DNA of 64,000 bases from the human T2T-CHM13v2.0 reference genome, Homo sapiens (GCF_009914755.1 NC_060931.1), one strand, 5' to 3'. Shown: positions 1 through 14,685, numbered from the stretch's first letter. Program-made: numbers and translations. The notes: generated by a model not told the origin, from the letters alone.

Positions 1-861
1 TTGTGTTTCCTTTATTATTAACCTTTCAAGTACATTTACCAAAGCATCTCCATATCCATATATATATAAGAAATTAAGGAGAGGTGGGGTGTAGCTTATG
101 TTATACAGTAACTTCCTTCCTTGGAAGAAATTATTTGTGGACACTCTCAGAATTGGGAGAGAAAGTTGCATTAAGGATTGCACAAGATTGTTCGAACTAG
201 TGATGCAGAAAGAAGGGAAGTCGACTTGTGAAAATGAGCCCTTACTGTACTGTTGTCAGCTGCAAAGTTGTGCTAGAAACCCATGAATATTCTCCAGGAA
301 TACCATAAAATTCAGACTCTGGACATGTGTTTGTGTGTAGGGGGCAACCTCTAAATTACCTGTAAGGCCCCATTAGAATTGTCCTGACCTGCTTTACTGG
401 ATGCAAGGCTTTATATTTTGAAGTCCAGGAACAGGCTCCAACTGCTCAGCTCCTCTGAATAAAACAAACAAACAAAAAATACCTAAAAACCAGAGACTAA
501 CCAATTGTAAAAAGTAAGCCTTGTTATTGGAGGCTTCTTCACTCCTTAATCTTTAGAAGGTCTTTATTCATAAGATTCCTCCCTTCCCAAATTGGCAAAA
601 CAAAAATTATTTAATCATCTTATATGTGACCTTTTTAGGACTTTGGTGCACATTTCCTAGATACTGGATCTTTCAATGCATGAGTTATGTGCCAATGTCA
701 ACATACAACATATCAAGTTTTAGTGGCACTGCCTTAAAGCCTATGCTGACACAGAAGATAACCCATGTACAAATTAATAATAAAAGACACCAACATAGGA
801 CCTATAATGCTATCAGGGAAGCATGTCTAGGACATGAGCATTTTCTCAGCTCATTACATTT

Positions 862-903
862 ACACGCATGCACACACACATGCACGCACACACGTGCACA
901 CAC
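862..903. repeat. Imperfect (CA)n / RY microsatellite
   Basis: acacgcatgcacacacacatgcacgcacacacgtgcacacac. Confidence 0.85.
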
Positions 904-1365
904 TAAAAGAGAGAACCATGTTTTCAAATCAAAGAGGACAAATTTTAACTCAAGACAAATTTGATGGGAGCCAATGGTTTTTCTCAATGTATAAGTTAAT
1001 CTTACTTGGGATTAATAGCAAATTGCAAAGGAAACCATCAGTATTATTCAATGTTTTCATCATATGGAAGATTAGTTTAACAGGAAAAATAAATATCTTC
1101 TAAAAACAGTGTTATTGGCTCCATAGTTATGGTCATTAAACAACAAAAATGTTACTTTTTTTTTAGAGAATTTTTTTTTGAATCATACACTTTTACAGAT
1201 GGAGTGCAATATCTTATGTTTTGTTCAAACAATTCTGTGAAAAAGCAGCATAATACAATTTTCTTCTGATCTGACATATTTTCGAGTTAAATCTTAGAGC
1301 ATCTTGGAAAATAAGGAGATGAAGCCATCACTTTTTTTCAAACTCCTGTGTCAAATACTATGTGA

Positions 1366-1570
1366 GAGGCAGTGTAGGGAAGTGCTCAGAATGCTGGCAG
1401 GTCTGGAACTCAAGGCCAACAACTGTATCCAATATATAATTTTCTGACTGCCGGAAAGTTACTTAAACTATTTAACTATAAAATCTGGGAGATACTGTGC
1501 TAATCTCATAAGATATGATTAATGTTTGGCATCATACCTGGCATAATAATCAATAAATATTATTATAGTA
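1366..1570 (+). mobile_element. MIR SINE, degenerate
   Basis: Starts gaggcagtgtag; core aaagttacttaaac...tataaaatctggga; 3' end catacctggcataataatcaataaatat. Confidence 0.65.
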
Positions 1571-2827
1571 AGCCTTCCATTATTAGCTACTATTCACATG
1601 TTAGTTAATACTTAAATGGTTATTGTAACTTCTCTTGTTTTTCTTTTCTGTAAACAAACTGAGCCATGTTGACATTTAGATAGCCTGTGGTCAAAGCTAG
1701 GATCCAAACCTGTCAGGATAAATTTAAATTCTTGCCATTTCTGTTGTGTCTGACACTTGTGGCCTAGATCAAAATGCCTTTGGGGTAAAGAAGTCTGAAA
1801 TCTATAAATACTGAAATGGACTTTAAGTTGAAGGAAAGATGGAGTGGGAATTTTAAAACTGTTTTTAATTTCTCTTCCCATCTTCAAGTTCAGGGAGCTC
1901 AGAGCTAAATCTAAATTAATATCTTCCAATGACATTGACACCATTACTGTCCTTATTTTCTCCCTGAGTTTGTTACATGTGTTTTCTTGAGGTATCTCCT
2001 CATATTTTACTAAGTTAGCATATCATAAAAATAATATAGATGGTATAAATAAAGTTTAGAGTTTGAAAAAAGCTCACGTGGTTCAGTGCCTTGGCAACAT
2101 TTAATAACCAATTCCTACCATTTAAAAATTATAACCAAGGACACAATTTCACACTTTATTTAAAACATATATCTTTTGGGTTTCACATAACATTTTCAAT
2201 TAGACAAATATCTTCATTTTAGAATAAAACAATAAAAAATACCTAAAACCCAGAAACTAAGCCATTGTAAAATGAGTCTCTAAGTGGCAGAAATAGCACT
2301 GTAATCAGCTTAGAAATGGGAAGTAAAATAGCTAGAATCCACTCTCTTTCTATAGGAAAATTATACATTGATACCGGAGTTTTTACTCATTTAGCAAGTT
2401 TACTCATTCACTCCTTCCAAACTTATTTCCTGCCTGAAACAATCAGCCTCCTTTTCCACACCACGTCTACTACTCTGACACACAGTTTGATGTTCTTTCT
2501 AAAGTAATGTATCACCTCGAGTTTGCCAAATATGTGAAGGGTGTTCCCAAGCCAAGACCCTAAAAGCCTGAATACTAGAGGGTGTTTTGTTTATGGGTTC
2601 CTGGGGCAGTGTGCCTGTGTTGGGGTAATTTTACGGGAGGTCCAAATTTTCCTTACAGCAGCCAGGACCCACTGCAAAACAACACATTTGGAGATCTATT
2701 ACTGCCTTAGGTAAATGGATCCAAGGTTTGCAGGATGAACAGAAAGAAGTGCTGAAGAAGGCCCATTGGCTGCCATTCTTCCATAGCAAGCTTTATGTTC
2801 GTTGTCTCTTCATCTCCCAAGTGAACC

Positions 2828-3218
2828 TGTTACTAAAATGCCAGGAGTGCAGTCTATGTCCCAATGCTCGCTGCACAGAAGCCAAGTAGTGAGTGGAGTA
2901 TTGCTGGGGAGAAAGGTTTTATTCAGGTGCTGCAGCTGAGAACAGGGGAGATCAGTCTTAAATCCAGCTCCCTGACCAATTAAAATTGGGAAATGCAAAA
3001 CAGAAATTAGGAAGGGGTAAGGAAGCAATTACAAAGAACAAGGGGTCTGGATGCCATGATCTGTTGAGTCTCAGATTTTACCTGAAGGTTGGTTTCCTAA
3101 GGGAGGAACTCAGATAAGACACATGTACATTTCAAGCTTTAAGATCCAGAGATTCAATTCCTATGTTTATTCAAAAAAGTGTAAATACCATTTCTGTGGG
3201 ACAACTGGGACAGTTTCA
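2828..3218 (-). mobile_element. ERV1-class (MER4-group) solo LTR, subfamily uncertain
   Basis: TG...CA termini (tgttactaaaatgccagg ... gggacagtttca); near-TSD aacc/atcc; AATAAA on the minus strand (ttttattc). Confidence 0.75.
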
Positions 3219-3715
3219 ATCCAACCAACAATCAAGGTTCTAAAATTTGTCTAATTTCTGCCCATAGTGTTCACAGATTTCTCTGTTTTTTTTAATGCTC
3301 ATTGTGGTATGCTGCTTGGATATTGTTGCCTGAAAGAATTCTGGACCTTCTGTCCACCCAGGAAAACTCTTCACACTAATTGTTACACTGAGACAAATCT
3401 GAATCTGGCTGCCAGATTGTCAGTAAAGTCCTCCCATCAGGAGAAGAGTACACAACACCCAGGACAAAGTGAAGACAGCTGTCTTTAAAGCTATTTCCCT
3501 GTGTGTGGCCACCACCATTTCCCTATTCTTTCTTAATAAGAGGCAGTAGGTGGAAGATCATTTATATCAGAGTTTAAGCACACAATTTGGTTAACATGTT
3601 TGCTACTGATTTCCATGGACTTCCTTCAAATCCTGTAAATAAGTCCACAAGATGCTCACCCTTCCTTTTCCAGAAAGTCATGCCTCCGTCAGTGCCTCAG
3701 CTTCAACCCCAACAG

Positions 3716-3860
3716 TGTCAGAAATTATATAAGGTCTGAACTTTTGCTGTACTTTCAAATTAAGAAATTATTCTGCCACGGTTTCATTGGGGCTGGCAGG
3801 AAGCACAAGACTTCCTTGTAGGAGAAAAAATACTTTATCATAGCAACACTGATGGCCAGA
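3716..3860 (-). mobile_element. ERVL-class LTR 3'-end fragment
   Basis: ctgccacggtttcattggggctggcaggaagcacaagacttcc...tactttatcatagc resembles reversed ERVL LTR ends. Confidence 0.5.
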
Positions 3861-3979
3861 ATTTTGGCAATAAAATGGACAAAATGATCACTATGTTAGA
3901 CTTTAGAGGCTAGATTTTAGAAAGCACAAAAACAGCCAATTTAGGCATGTTTTGTTTTTCATGCAATTTTGAGATCTAC

Positions 3980-4438
3980 TATGTGCTTGCAACGCCACAT
4001 CCATCCTCCACCTTTTTCTCTCACCTCTGACCCAGGAGGCTGAACTTTACGTACTGTACTGACTGGCCGCCTTGATCTCTGGTTCCTGGTTTAGTTCAAC
4101 CAACGGAACTTACTAGCTATAGATGAAAGGCCAGTAGTAGAGACGTCTGAGTGAGCATTTATTTCTCTGGTTTCCTCCCTGATGTGTCACAGTCTGGTAG
4201 TAGTTGTGAATTATCAAAGCCCATAATTCCTGTCTGGCTGCCTCCTTATACAGCTACCAGTGGTTTTAATAACCACTCTATGCCTAGCCCTTCATATTTA
4301 GAAATGGAAAAGTCTTTCTGAATTTGTTGTTCCTTAGATGTTTATCCATACCTTTTTAAAAAATAAATCACTGATGCCCACTATTTTCCCAAGTGAGTAA
4401 GCCATCACTTCCCTTCCAGCAATCTTCCTATGATATAC
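3980..4438 (+). mobile_element. LTR33-like ERVL solo LTR
   Basis: cctccacctttttc...cccaggaggctgaac...ctctggttcctggtttagttcaaccaacgg...catttatttctctggtttcctccctg; ends gccatcacttcccttccagc...tgatataca. Confidence 0.7.
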
Positions 4439-6305
4439 AGATAGTAGCAGACAGAAAATATTAACACAATCAAATGGAGTTCTACTTCTTATAGCCCCTT
4501 ATTGTATCACCACTTCCTGAGGTTCTACAGTGTAGAGAGTTTAGTTTCTTAAGTTTTATCATTCTCTATTTGGGGATTCTGGTTTACTGGTTCTAATAAA
4601 ACTGTTATTGCATATCCATCTGATTTCCAGTGTTCATAAATGCATTATGATTATTTTCTTTAAAGTTCTACCAATTCTTGTGGGCACAAGCCTTCCTAAA
4701 AATATTATTTTACAGGAGTATTATGATCAAAATGGCAGAGTAGGCAGCTCTAAGCTCTTGTTCCACCATAGAAACATAAAAAAGTAGAAAATAAAAAAAA
4801 AACACAAAAAAAAACAGAAGTTTTCTAAACTAGATTTGCAGGGTCTCTGGGAACAGTCAAAGGGTTACAACTAAGGAGATAATCAAGAAAACGCCAGCTT
4901 AAAAATGGCATGAAAATCTTTCTTAAATCACCCTTGCCTCACTCCTTTCTTGGGCATAGTAGGTGTATCAGCATTGAATAAGTTGTAATCTACTTCCTAG
5001 GCTCCCCCCGCCCCCCCCGCCGCGGAACCAGGGGGAGTAGAGTAAACCATATTTGCAAAGTGTTCTCATATGCCTGGAGGCTATTTGAAGAAATAACACA
5101 AACACGTACTTTGCATTACTCAGAATGCAGGTGGGAAAGCTGGCAAGCACGACTTGAAAAAGCTACAAGGAGAAGTCAAACCTACAGACACCTGAGACAA
5201 GAGATCATGAGTGGAGATGACAATAGATAAACTAAGGTCTGAAGGAAAAGTTGGGGTGAAAATCATTGGGAAATTAGGTTATTGAAAAGCAGCCGTGTAT
5301 ATGGGGGGCGGGGGGTTGTGGTTTAGAAAGTTGCTCATATACTCAGGTAAGATGTGTGCTCAAAGAGTCCCAAGAAGAACTTCCGCTTTCAACTTGGGCT
5401 GATCCCAATGCCCAGATTAGGCCTAAGCAGTGAAAAAGTTCCCTGGCACAGAATTGATCTGCAAAGACTGACAGAGGGGGTTATTCTCTTCTTTCTATTC
5501 TTTCTTTCTTTTTTTATTTTTTGTTGATGTTTTGTATTCTGCTTTTTTTTTTCAGCCCTTGTCATTCAAGGAAATCTCTGTCAAGATATTAAATACACAG
5601 GAGTGAAAGGAAGAGAGACTTTAATGATCATACACGCCAAAAAATAGTGTGTGCAAAAATGGCTTAGAAAATTGTCAAATAGATTACTACAGCCTTAAAA
5701 AATTTAAAAAAATCAAAAACTGGGAAAGGGGAAGAATTTTATTTCCAGAGTTACCACATTAAACCAAAGGCCCCATTTTCAACAGCAGCAAAATTACAAG
5801 GCATACATAGAAGCAGGAAAATGTAGCTCATTCAAAGGATGAAAATAAATTAAGTAAAACTAATCCAAAGGAAGGCCAGATCTCAAACTTAACAGAGAAA
5901 GATTTCAAAGCAACTGTCTTAGGTATGTTCAAAGAATTAAGGAAATAATTGAACACAAAACAAACAGAAGTCAGGAAAACACTATGCAAATAAAGTGAGA
6001 ATATTAGCAAATAGATTGAAAATATCACAAGGAGTCAAATAGAAATTCTAGAGGTGAAAATTATAATAACTTAAATTTAAAAATTCATCAGAGGGATTCA
6101 ACAGCAGATTGAACAGAAGAATCTGCAGCTTGAAAATAGGACAGCTGACATTATCCAGCCTGAGGAGCCGAAAGAAAAAATAATTAAAAAAATAAATAGA
6201 GCCTAAGAGACACCATCAAGTGGACGAACATACACATAAGTGTAGTCACAAATGAGAAGTAAGAAAAAAAGAGGAAGAAAGATTATTTAAAGAAAAAAAA
6301 CACAT

Positions 6306-6620
6306 GGCCGGGCACGGTGGCTCACGCCTGTAATCCCAACACTTTGGAAGGATGAGGTGGGCAGATCAGCTGAGGTCAGGAGTTCGATACCAGCCTGACC
6401 AACATGGAGAAACCCTGTTGTATTCTACTAAGAATACAAAATTAGCTGGGCGTGGTGATGCATGCCTGTAATCCCTGCTACTCGGGAGGCTGAGGCAGGA
6501 GAATTGCTTGAGCCGAGGAGGCAGAGGTTGTGGTCAGCCAAGATCACGAGATCATGCCATTGCACTCCAGCCTGGGCAACAAGAATGAATATCTCAAGAA
6601 AAAAAAAAAAAAAAGAAAAG
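6306..6620 (+). mobile_element. AluSp-like SINE
   Basis: Full dimer; Sp-type ctgaccaacatggagaaaccc and gggcaacaag; poly-A tail; TSD-like agaaaaaaa(ca)cat. Confidence 0.95.
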
Positions 6621-6712
6621 AAAAAAACATGCTGAAATATTTCCAAATTTGAGGAAAAAAATCATAGATATATAAATACAAGAAGCTCAACAAACTCCAA
6701 GTAGAAAAACTG

Positions 6713-6996
6713 GGCCAGGCGTGGTGGTTCATGCCTGTAATCCCAGCACTTTGGGAGGCCAAGGCGGGCAGATCACCTGAGGTCAGGCATTCAAGACCAG
6801 CCTGGCCAACATGGTAATACCCCATCTCTACTGAAAATACAAAAAATTATCTAGGTGTGGTTGGTGGGGGGCCTGTAATCCCACCTACTCGGGAGGCAGA
6901 GGCAGAAGAATTGCTTGAACCTGGGAGGCAGAGGTTGAAGTGAGCTGAGATCATGAGATCGTGCCATTGCACTCCAGCCTGGGCAACAAGACTGCC

Positions 6997-7000
<4 letters not shown>
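6713..7000 (+). mobile_element. AluS (Sq/Sx-like) SINE
   Basis: Full dimer ggccaggcgtggtgg...cctgggcaacaagact; tail replaced by a microsatellite. Confidence 0.95.
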
Positions 7001-7027
<27 letters not shown>

Positions 7028-7095
7028 GAGGAAGGAAGGAAGGAAGGAAGGAAGGAAGGAAGGAAGGAAGGAAGGAAGGAAAGAAGAAAGAAAAA
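7001..7095. repeat. Compound (GAAA)(GA)n(GGAA)13 microsatellite derived from the Alu tail
   Basis: Perfect GGAA run at 7030-7081. Confidence 0.95.
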
Positions 7096-7955
7096 GACTC
7101 CAAGAAGGCTCCCATCAAAGCACACTGTAATTAAACTGTCGAATGTCAAAGACAAAGAGACAATCTTGAAAACAACAAGATAAAGATAATTTACAATGAA
7201 CAAGGCAAAAAAAAACTATCAACAGAATTCTATACCTAGCAAACCTGTTCTTTAAAAATGAAGGATAATCCTGACAAACGCAAGCTTAGGGAGGGAATTC
7301 CACTAGACCTATCCTTCAAGAAACGCTAAAGAGCGATCTTTGTGTTAAAATGAAAGGACACTAGACTGTGACTCCAAGTTGTATGAAGATGTAAAGATCT
7401 CCAGAGAAGCTAAATACATGGGAAACAAGAACCAGTGTTACTGTAACTTTTGTTTATAACTTTTTTCTACAGAATTTCAAAAGCAAATGATAAAAATGAT
7501 TATAAAACTATGTTATTGGACACACAAGATATAAAGATGTAATTCGTGACATCAATAACGTAAGGGAGAAACAGAGTGGCATAGGACAAAAATGTTGTGT
7601 AAGGTGGTATCAATTCAAATTAGATTATAATAGCTGAGAGATTGTATGTCATTTCTTTGGGAACACATAGAAAATACAGAATATACACAAAAGGAATTAT
7701 GAAGGGAATTTAAATGTTTAGTTTAATTACAAAAAGCTAACCACAAAAGAAGGCAGGAATGGTGGAAATGAGGGAGAAAGGTGTTATATACAGAAAACAT
7801 ATGTCAAAATGACAGAAATAAGCTCTCGCTTCTTACTAATTATTTCAAATGTAAATGGATTATACTTTATGAGGAAAAAGCAGAGATTAGCAAAATGGAT
7901 TAAAATAAAACAAATTTTGCAATCCAACTATATGCTGTCCAAAAAGACTCATTTT

Positions 7956-8099
7956 TAAAAATATATATATTTTTTTTATTTCAATAGGTTTGAGGGAGCA
8001 GTTGGTGCTCGCTTACATGAATAAGCTCTTTTATGGTGATTTCTGAGATTTTTGGTGCACCTATCGCCAGAGCAGGGTATACTGTGCCCAGTGTGTAGT
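7956..8099 (-). mobile_element. L1PB 3'-end fragment (5'-truncated)
   Basis: ttttatttcaataggttt...gcttacatgaataag...ggtgatttctgagatttttggtgcacc...gtgtgtagt; flanked by aaagactca(t/a)ttt TSD. Confidence 0.85.
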
Positions 8100-8344
8100 G
8101 ACAAAGACTCAATTTCTATGCAAAGACACAGACAGGCTAAAAGCCAAAGGACAGAAAAAAGATTATAGATTAAAGACCCCATTATTTCTTCAGTTTTCTC
8201 CCTCTTAGAATGTTTATAACTGATATCGTTTGCCTATTACATGATGCATTTTGAGTACAAGTAGCTTGCTTCTTGAGTTTCTCAAGACAGCTGTTATAAT
8301 ACACTTAAAATCAAATATACTTAAAGATGTTCAAAAGATCTGTT

Positions 8345-8734
<390 letters not shown>

Positions 8735-8939
8735 TTAAAAATGTGTGTCTCAGCCCAGAAGGCATAGGAGATGCAGTCCCTACAGAATCCGAGCTGACCA
8801 CTGTTATTTAATGTTCACTGAACACTTTAGACAAAACAACTAGAAAAGCAAAGGAAATTTGACATTCGTAATTGGAGATGAGTTAAGTCATCATATATTT
8901 TTATTTAATATAAAAATTTAATTATTTGATGCTTTAAAA

Positions 8940-9724
8940 AGTAAAAAACAGGGTACAAAAATAATGTATTTAAATCAATAGCTTTTTCAATTAATAATGC
9001 AAGATGAAAAACAAATAATTTAATGAAATGCTTAGAAAACTGCTGACACACACACATGAAAAAATAAATGAAAATTTATGTTCTTGCATAAAATAATCAA
9101 TTTATAAAGTTAACCTATACCATTCAGTAAAATTTCAATATAGATAACAAAGGCATTTTCAAATTGAACTTAGAAAATGTAATCCTAAAATTTACATGGA
9201 AAGGTACACAAACAAATATAAGCAGGAAGTGTGAAAAAGCAGATTAGTACCCTACCAGGTTTAAGGATATATTGGCAAATTTACAGTATTCAAAGTGTGT
9301 AGTACTGATGTATGAAGAGAGACAAAGAGAAACCAAGTAAAGTAGAAACTCCAGAATTAGACACAGTTGTGTACAGGAATTTAGGGTATGGTTGTATTGA
9401 CACACAAGAACATAATTCAAGAAGTGATGTAAGGATGACTGGATAGCCATTTTAAAAAAAAAAACAAAATTAGATTTATATATCATACCCTGTAACAAAA
9501 TAAATTCTGAGTGGATCAGCAATGTAAACATAAATCATAAAACCCCAAACCAAGAAGGAAAACTTGGGAGAACTTCTTTATAATCTTTATAATCTTCTTT
9601 ATAATCTTTTCAATCACCTTTTTTACCTATACTCTAACACAAAACTCCAGAAGGCGAAAAAGAAAATAATTACCCAATTAACATAGATAATATGTAAAAA
9701 TAACAACAATAACAATAAAACCAC
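8940..9724 (+). mobile_element. Old L1ME-type ORF2 fragments
   Basis: aatcctaaaatttacatggaaagg; ggatagccattt...aaaattagattta...aaaataaattctgagtggatc. Confidence 0.7.
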
Positions 9725-10185
9725 TGTGTGTCTGAATAACAGGCAAGGTCTCTAACAGAAAATTATGTTTCTTTGGGAATGAGCATTGCAATGGCAGTAC
9801 ACATGCCATCATACACTGTGTGTCCATGCGCATGCTCAGGGAGGTAAGGGGATACAAAGATTTCCAATGAAGAAGGAAAGAGGATTAAATCATTGTTTTG
9901 AAATAAGTATCTTTGGCTACAAGAATCAATAACAAGGGTGGCACCAGTCTGAGAGTGGACAGGCAATTCCTGGGCAGAAGTCCTAGAAGAAGTATTTTGT
10001 TTGTTTGTTTGTTTTGTAAGTTGGCGAGGCCATTGTGCAAGGCTGTGGCTTTTGAACAGTCTTTTGTGACAGTTCTTGTTATGAGACATTCGTACATGAG
10101 ACCCACTCCTTCATGGCCTTCCTCGGCTCCATTTGTCTGGGTTTTTTAACACATTGACTTCATTTTGATTCTGACAACTTTCACA
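9725..10185 (-). mobile_element. MER65-like ERV1 solo LTR
   Basis: Reverse of tgtgaaagttgtcagaatcaaaatgaagtca; near-TSD ccac/caac. Confidence 0.8.
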
Positions 10186-10370
10186 CAACTTTCTACCATT
10201 AAAAACACATTTTTAATAAGGTCTTTTCTTGTAACAGTAGAAGTTGGGAAAAAAATCCATCAAGAATAGACAGGTTAATAAATTATGCCTCAGCCTTACT
10301 GTAGAATGAGAGATAGGAATGACAAAACAAGATTATGGAAACTGAATTTGTAACATATGTATGTGTATGC

Positions 10371-10400
10371 GAGAGAGAGAGAGAGAGAAAGAAAGAAAGA
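10371..10400. repeat. (GA)n(GAAA)n microsatellite
   Basis: Direct inspection. Confidence 0.85.
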
Positions 10401-10779
10401 ATTTAAGATAAACTAAGTGATATTAAGTGTTCAAAACTTGTAATAAAACAAATAATAGACATTCTTTTGGGGAAGACAAGGGCAGAAGGGGTATACCATT
10501 GTTAGAATAATTTTGTTTTCTACCTTTCCTAGTCAATTTGGACTTTGAACCATGTGACCATGTTACCTATTCAGCAATTACAATGTAAAAATATACGTTA
10601 GTTAATATATGACAATGTATGTAAAAAGATTAGGGAAAAATGAGAAAAGTATACAATAGCTTTGAGTATCATGAGTATCATGTAGAAAATAAAGTGGAGA
10701 AAAAGGAAGGGAAAGAGTTGGCTATTTGATATAAAATGAGAAAGTAATAAAGGAAAGATTAACTGACTTTGTAAGATAT

Positions 10780-12772
<1,993 letters not shown>

Positions 12773-14479
12773 TATTAGCATTATCCTTAATTAGCTTAAC
12801 TTTATTTTAATTACCATAGCATTATCATTCTCTTTCTATATTGATTTACAGCTGATAAATATACATAATTTTTAATACAATGAAAAAAATAATGTGAACA
12901 TTTTCAATGTGAGAACTGCATGGTGAAATAATATCCTGGTATTTATCTTCACTAACTCTTCTAATTACCCTCTTCCCCTAATAGAGTATTTATTTTAAAA
13001 TAAGTGACGTCCACCAATATAATTCTCTCAATATAATTATATTTGAATTAATATTCCACCAATCTTATTTAGCTTTTACATTAAAAATAGCTTCAATTTA
13101 CCTTTTCTAATTATTTTTATTGTGCCTACTAAAATACAACTGGCAATGCACTGTCTTCTGTTCTTTCTACACAGCAGCTGCTCAGTAGCAGCCCCTCTCC
13201 CTTTCTCCCTCTCTTGCATTCTCGCTCATTTCTCCCTCTATCTCTATTTATTTCAGCCTCTGTTTAGCATTTCTTAATCTTTGAGCAAACTTATTCTTCT
13301 CCAACCAGCCCAGACTGTTAACTTAGAGCTGTATCTCAAATACTATGTTTCACAGAAGACAAACATAAGCCCTCTAGGCCGTATTGTATAATAAGAATTA
13401 TGTAATTCTTATGATGGTGTAATGTGCAGAACATCTTAACGAAACAGTTTCCCATCAAGAATACGTCATGCATCATGTGGCCTGCATGGACTCCAGAAAG
13501 GCAGAGAGAAACATCGACAGTGTAAAACATAATGCTTGTAAAATATGATGGATGGGAAGCTGAAAAGAAAAGGTAAAGCAAAGTATAGTTTAGTCACAGT
13601 TTAGCCAATTTGGCTAAAGAACTAAGGGCAAAAATAAAGCTTAATGTAGAAAATAGTTATATCTGAGCACAAGACATTTATTTACAGTATTTAACTATTA
13701 TTCTATGTAATATTGAAATTGAATGTGAGTGTTTCTGAGAATAAGATCTCTGATTGAGAATATTATCTATTTTTTATAAGTCCTTTACTATTATTTTGGT
13801 TCAAAATTTAGATTATATTATTTTGTCTCTCTAAGTAGGCTCAATAATCACTTAGGATTGGTTCCTGTTCCAGTATTACCCCAACAAAAATTTAAAAAAT
13901 GAGAAAGTTGTAAATGATACCCTGAGAACATATATTTAGACATGACACGTCTGCCTATAGAAAGAATATGTCTGCTCCGTATGCAGAGATGCGACCAACA
14001 CACATTGCATATGGGGGTGGTCATAGCCTGTGTTTAGTCACATGACCTGGCAGAAATCTAGTGCTTTCTAATTGATAAGCTCAAGGGTTTTGACTTTAAA
14101 AGAAACTGAGAAAGTACGTTTAATCCATGCAGAAATAGCCATAGTTTGTATTTACATAAAGATGCGCCTCATGCTTCATCTCTTCCCAGGACTCCTCCAA
14201 AAATTCATCCCGTCAAGAGACTCATTCTCACCAATTGGGAAGTAGAGGCCTAAGAGAGGCTGGACATTTGGGGCAACACCCTGCTTGCAGTTGAATGGGA
14301 CCCCACACTTTCTTCTTGCTAATCCTGTCTGTTTGCTTGCACTAGAGCAATTAGATGAAATTGTTAAAAAGAACGCAGAGAAATAAAAATATACCCATCA
14401 AATGACCACAGAGAAAATAATGAACGAAAGAGTAGCTGAAAATGGCCTATGAACTGGGTGGGCGTCGTGTCTAGTGCAT

Positions 14480-14685
14480 GAGTCCAGAGCATAGGTTGAG
14501 TCAGCTGCCTCTGAATTTCTGTTTCCTCTTGAGCAAGTTTCTTAATGTGTCTCTGAATCACTTTCCTATTCTATAAAATGAGGAAGGTAATAAATACTGG
14601 TTCTGAGTTTTAAATAACTTAGCTTGTAAAAAGATTAGCACAGATGCTGGCAAAAAAAGCTCTGCATAAAATATTGATTAGCTTT
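14480..14685 (+). mobile_element. MIR SINE
   Basis: cttgagcaagtttcttaatgtgtctctgaatcactttcctattctataaaatgagga...ttagcacagatgctggca. Confidence 0.75.

Larger units (their letters stand above)
4715..8168 (+). mobile_element. Ancient L1M element: 5'UTR, decayed ORF1 and start of ORF2 (endonuclease), interrupted by two Alus and an L1PB fragment
   Basis: 5' caaaatggcagagtagg; ORF1-like aaaattcatcagagggattcaacagcagattgaacag and agaattctatacctagc; ORF2 N-terminal remnant aatgtaaatggat...gattagcaaaatggatt...ccaactatatgctgtc (NVNG..EWI..PTICC-like). Confidence 0.85.

Noticed and set aside
2540-2820. Possible old MaLR/ERVL LTR remnant
   Set aside because: Similarity too faint to assign a family or boundaries by eye.
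6428-7203. Alu-derived ORFs (also at 8477, 12461, 24461, 32061, 36630, 45085, 52779, 53681)
   Set aside because: Typical Alu translation products (AQAGVQW, SPASAS), not coding evidence.
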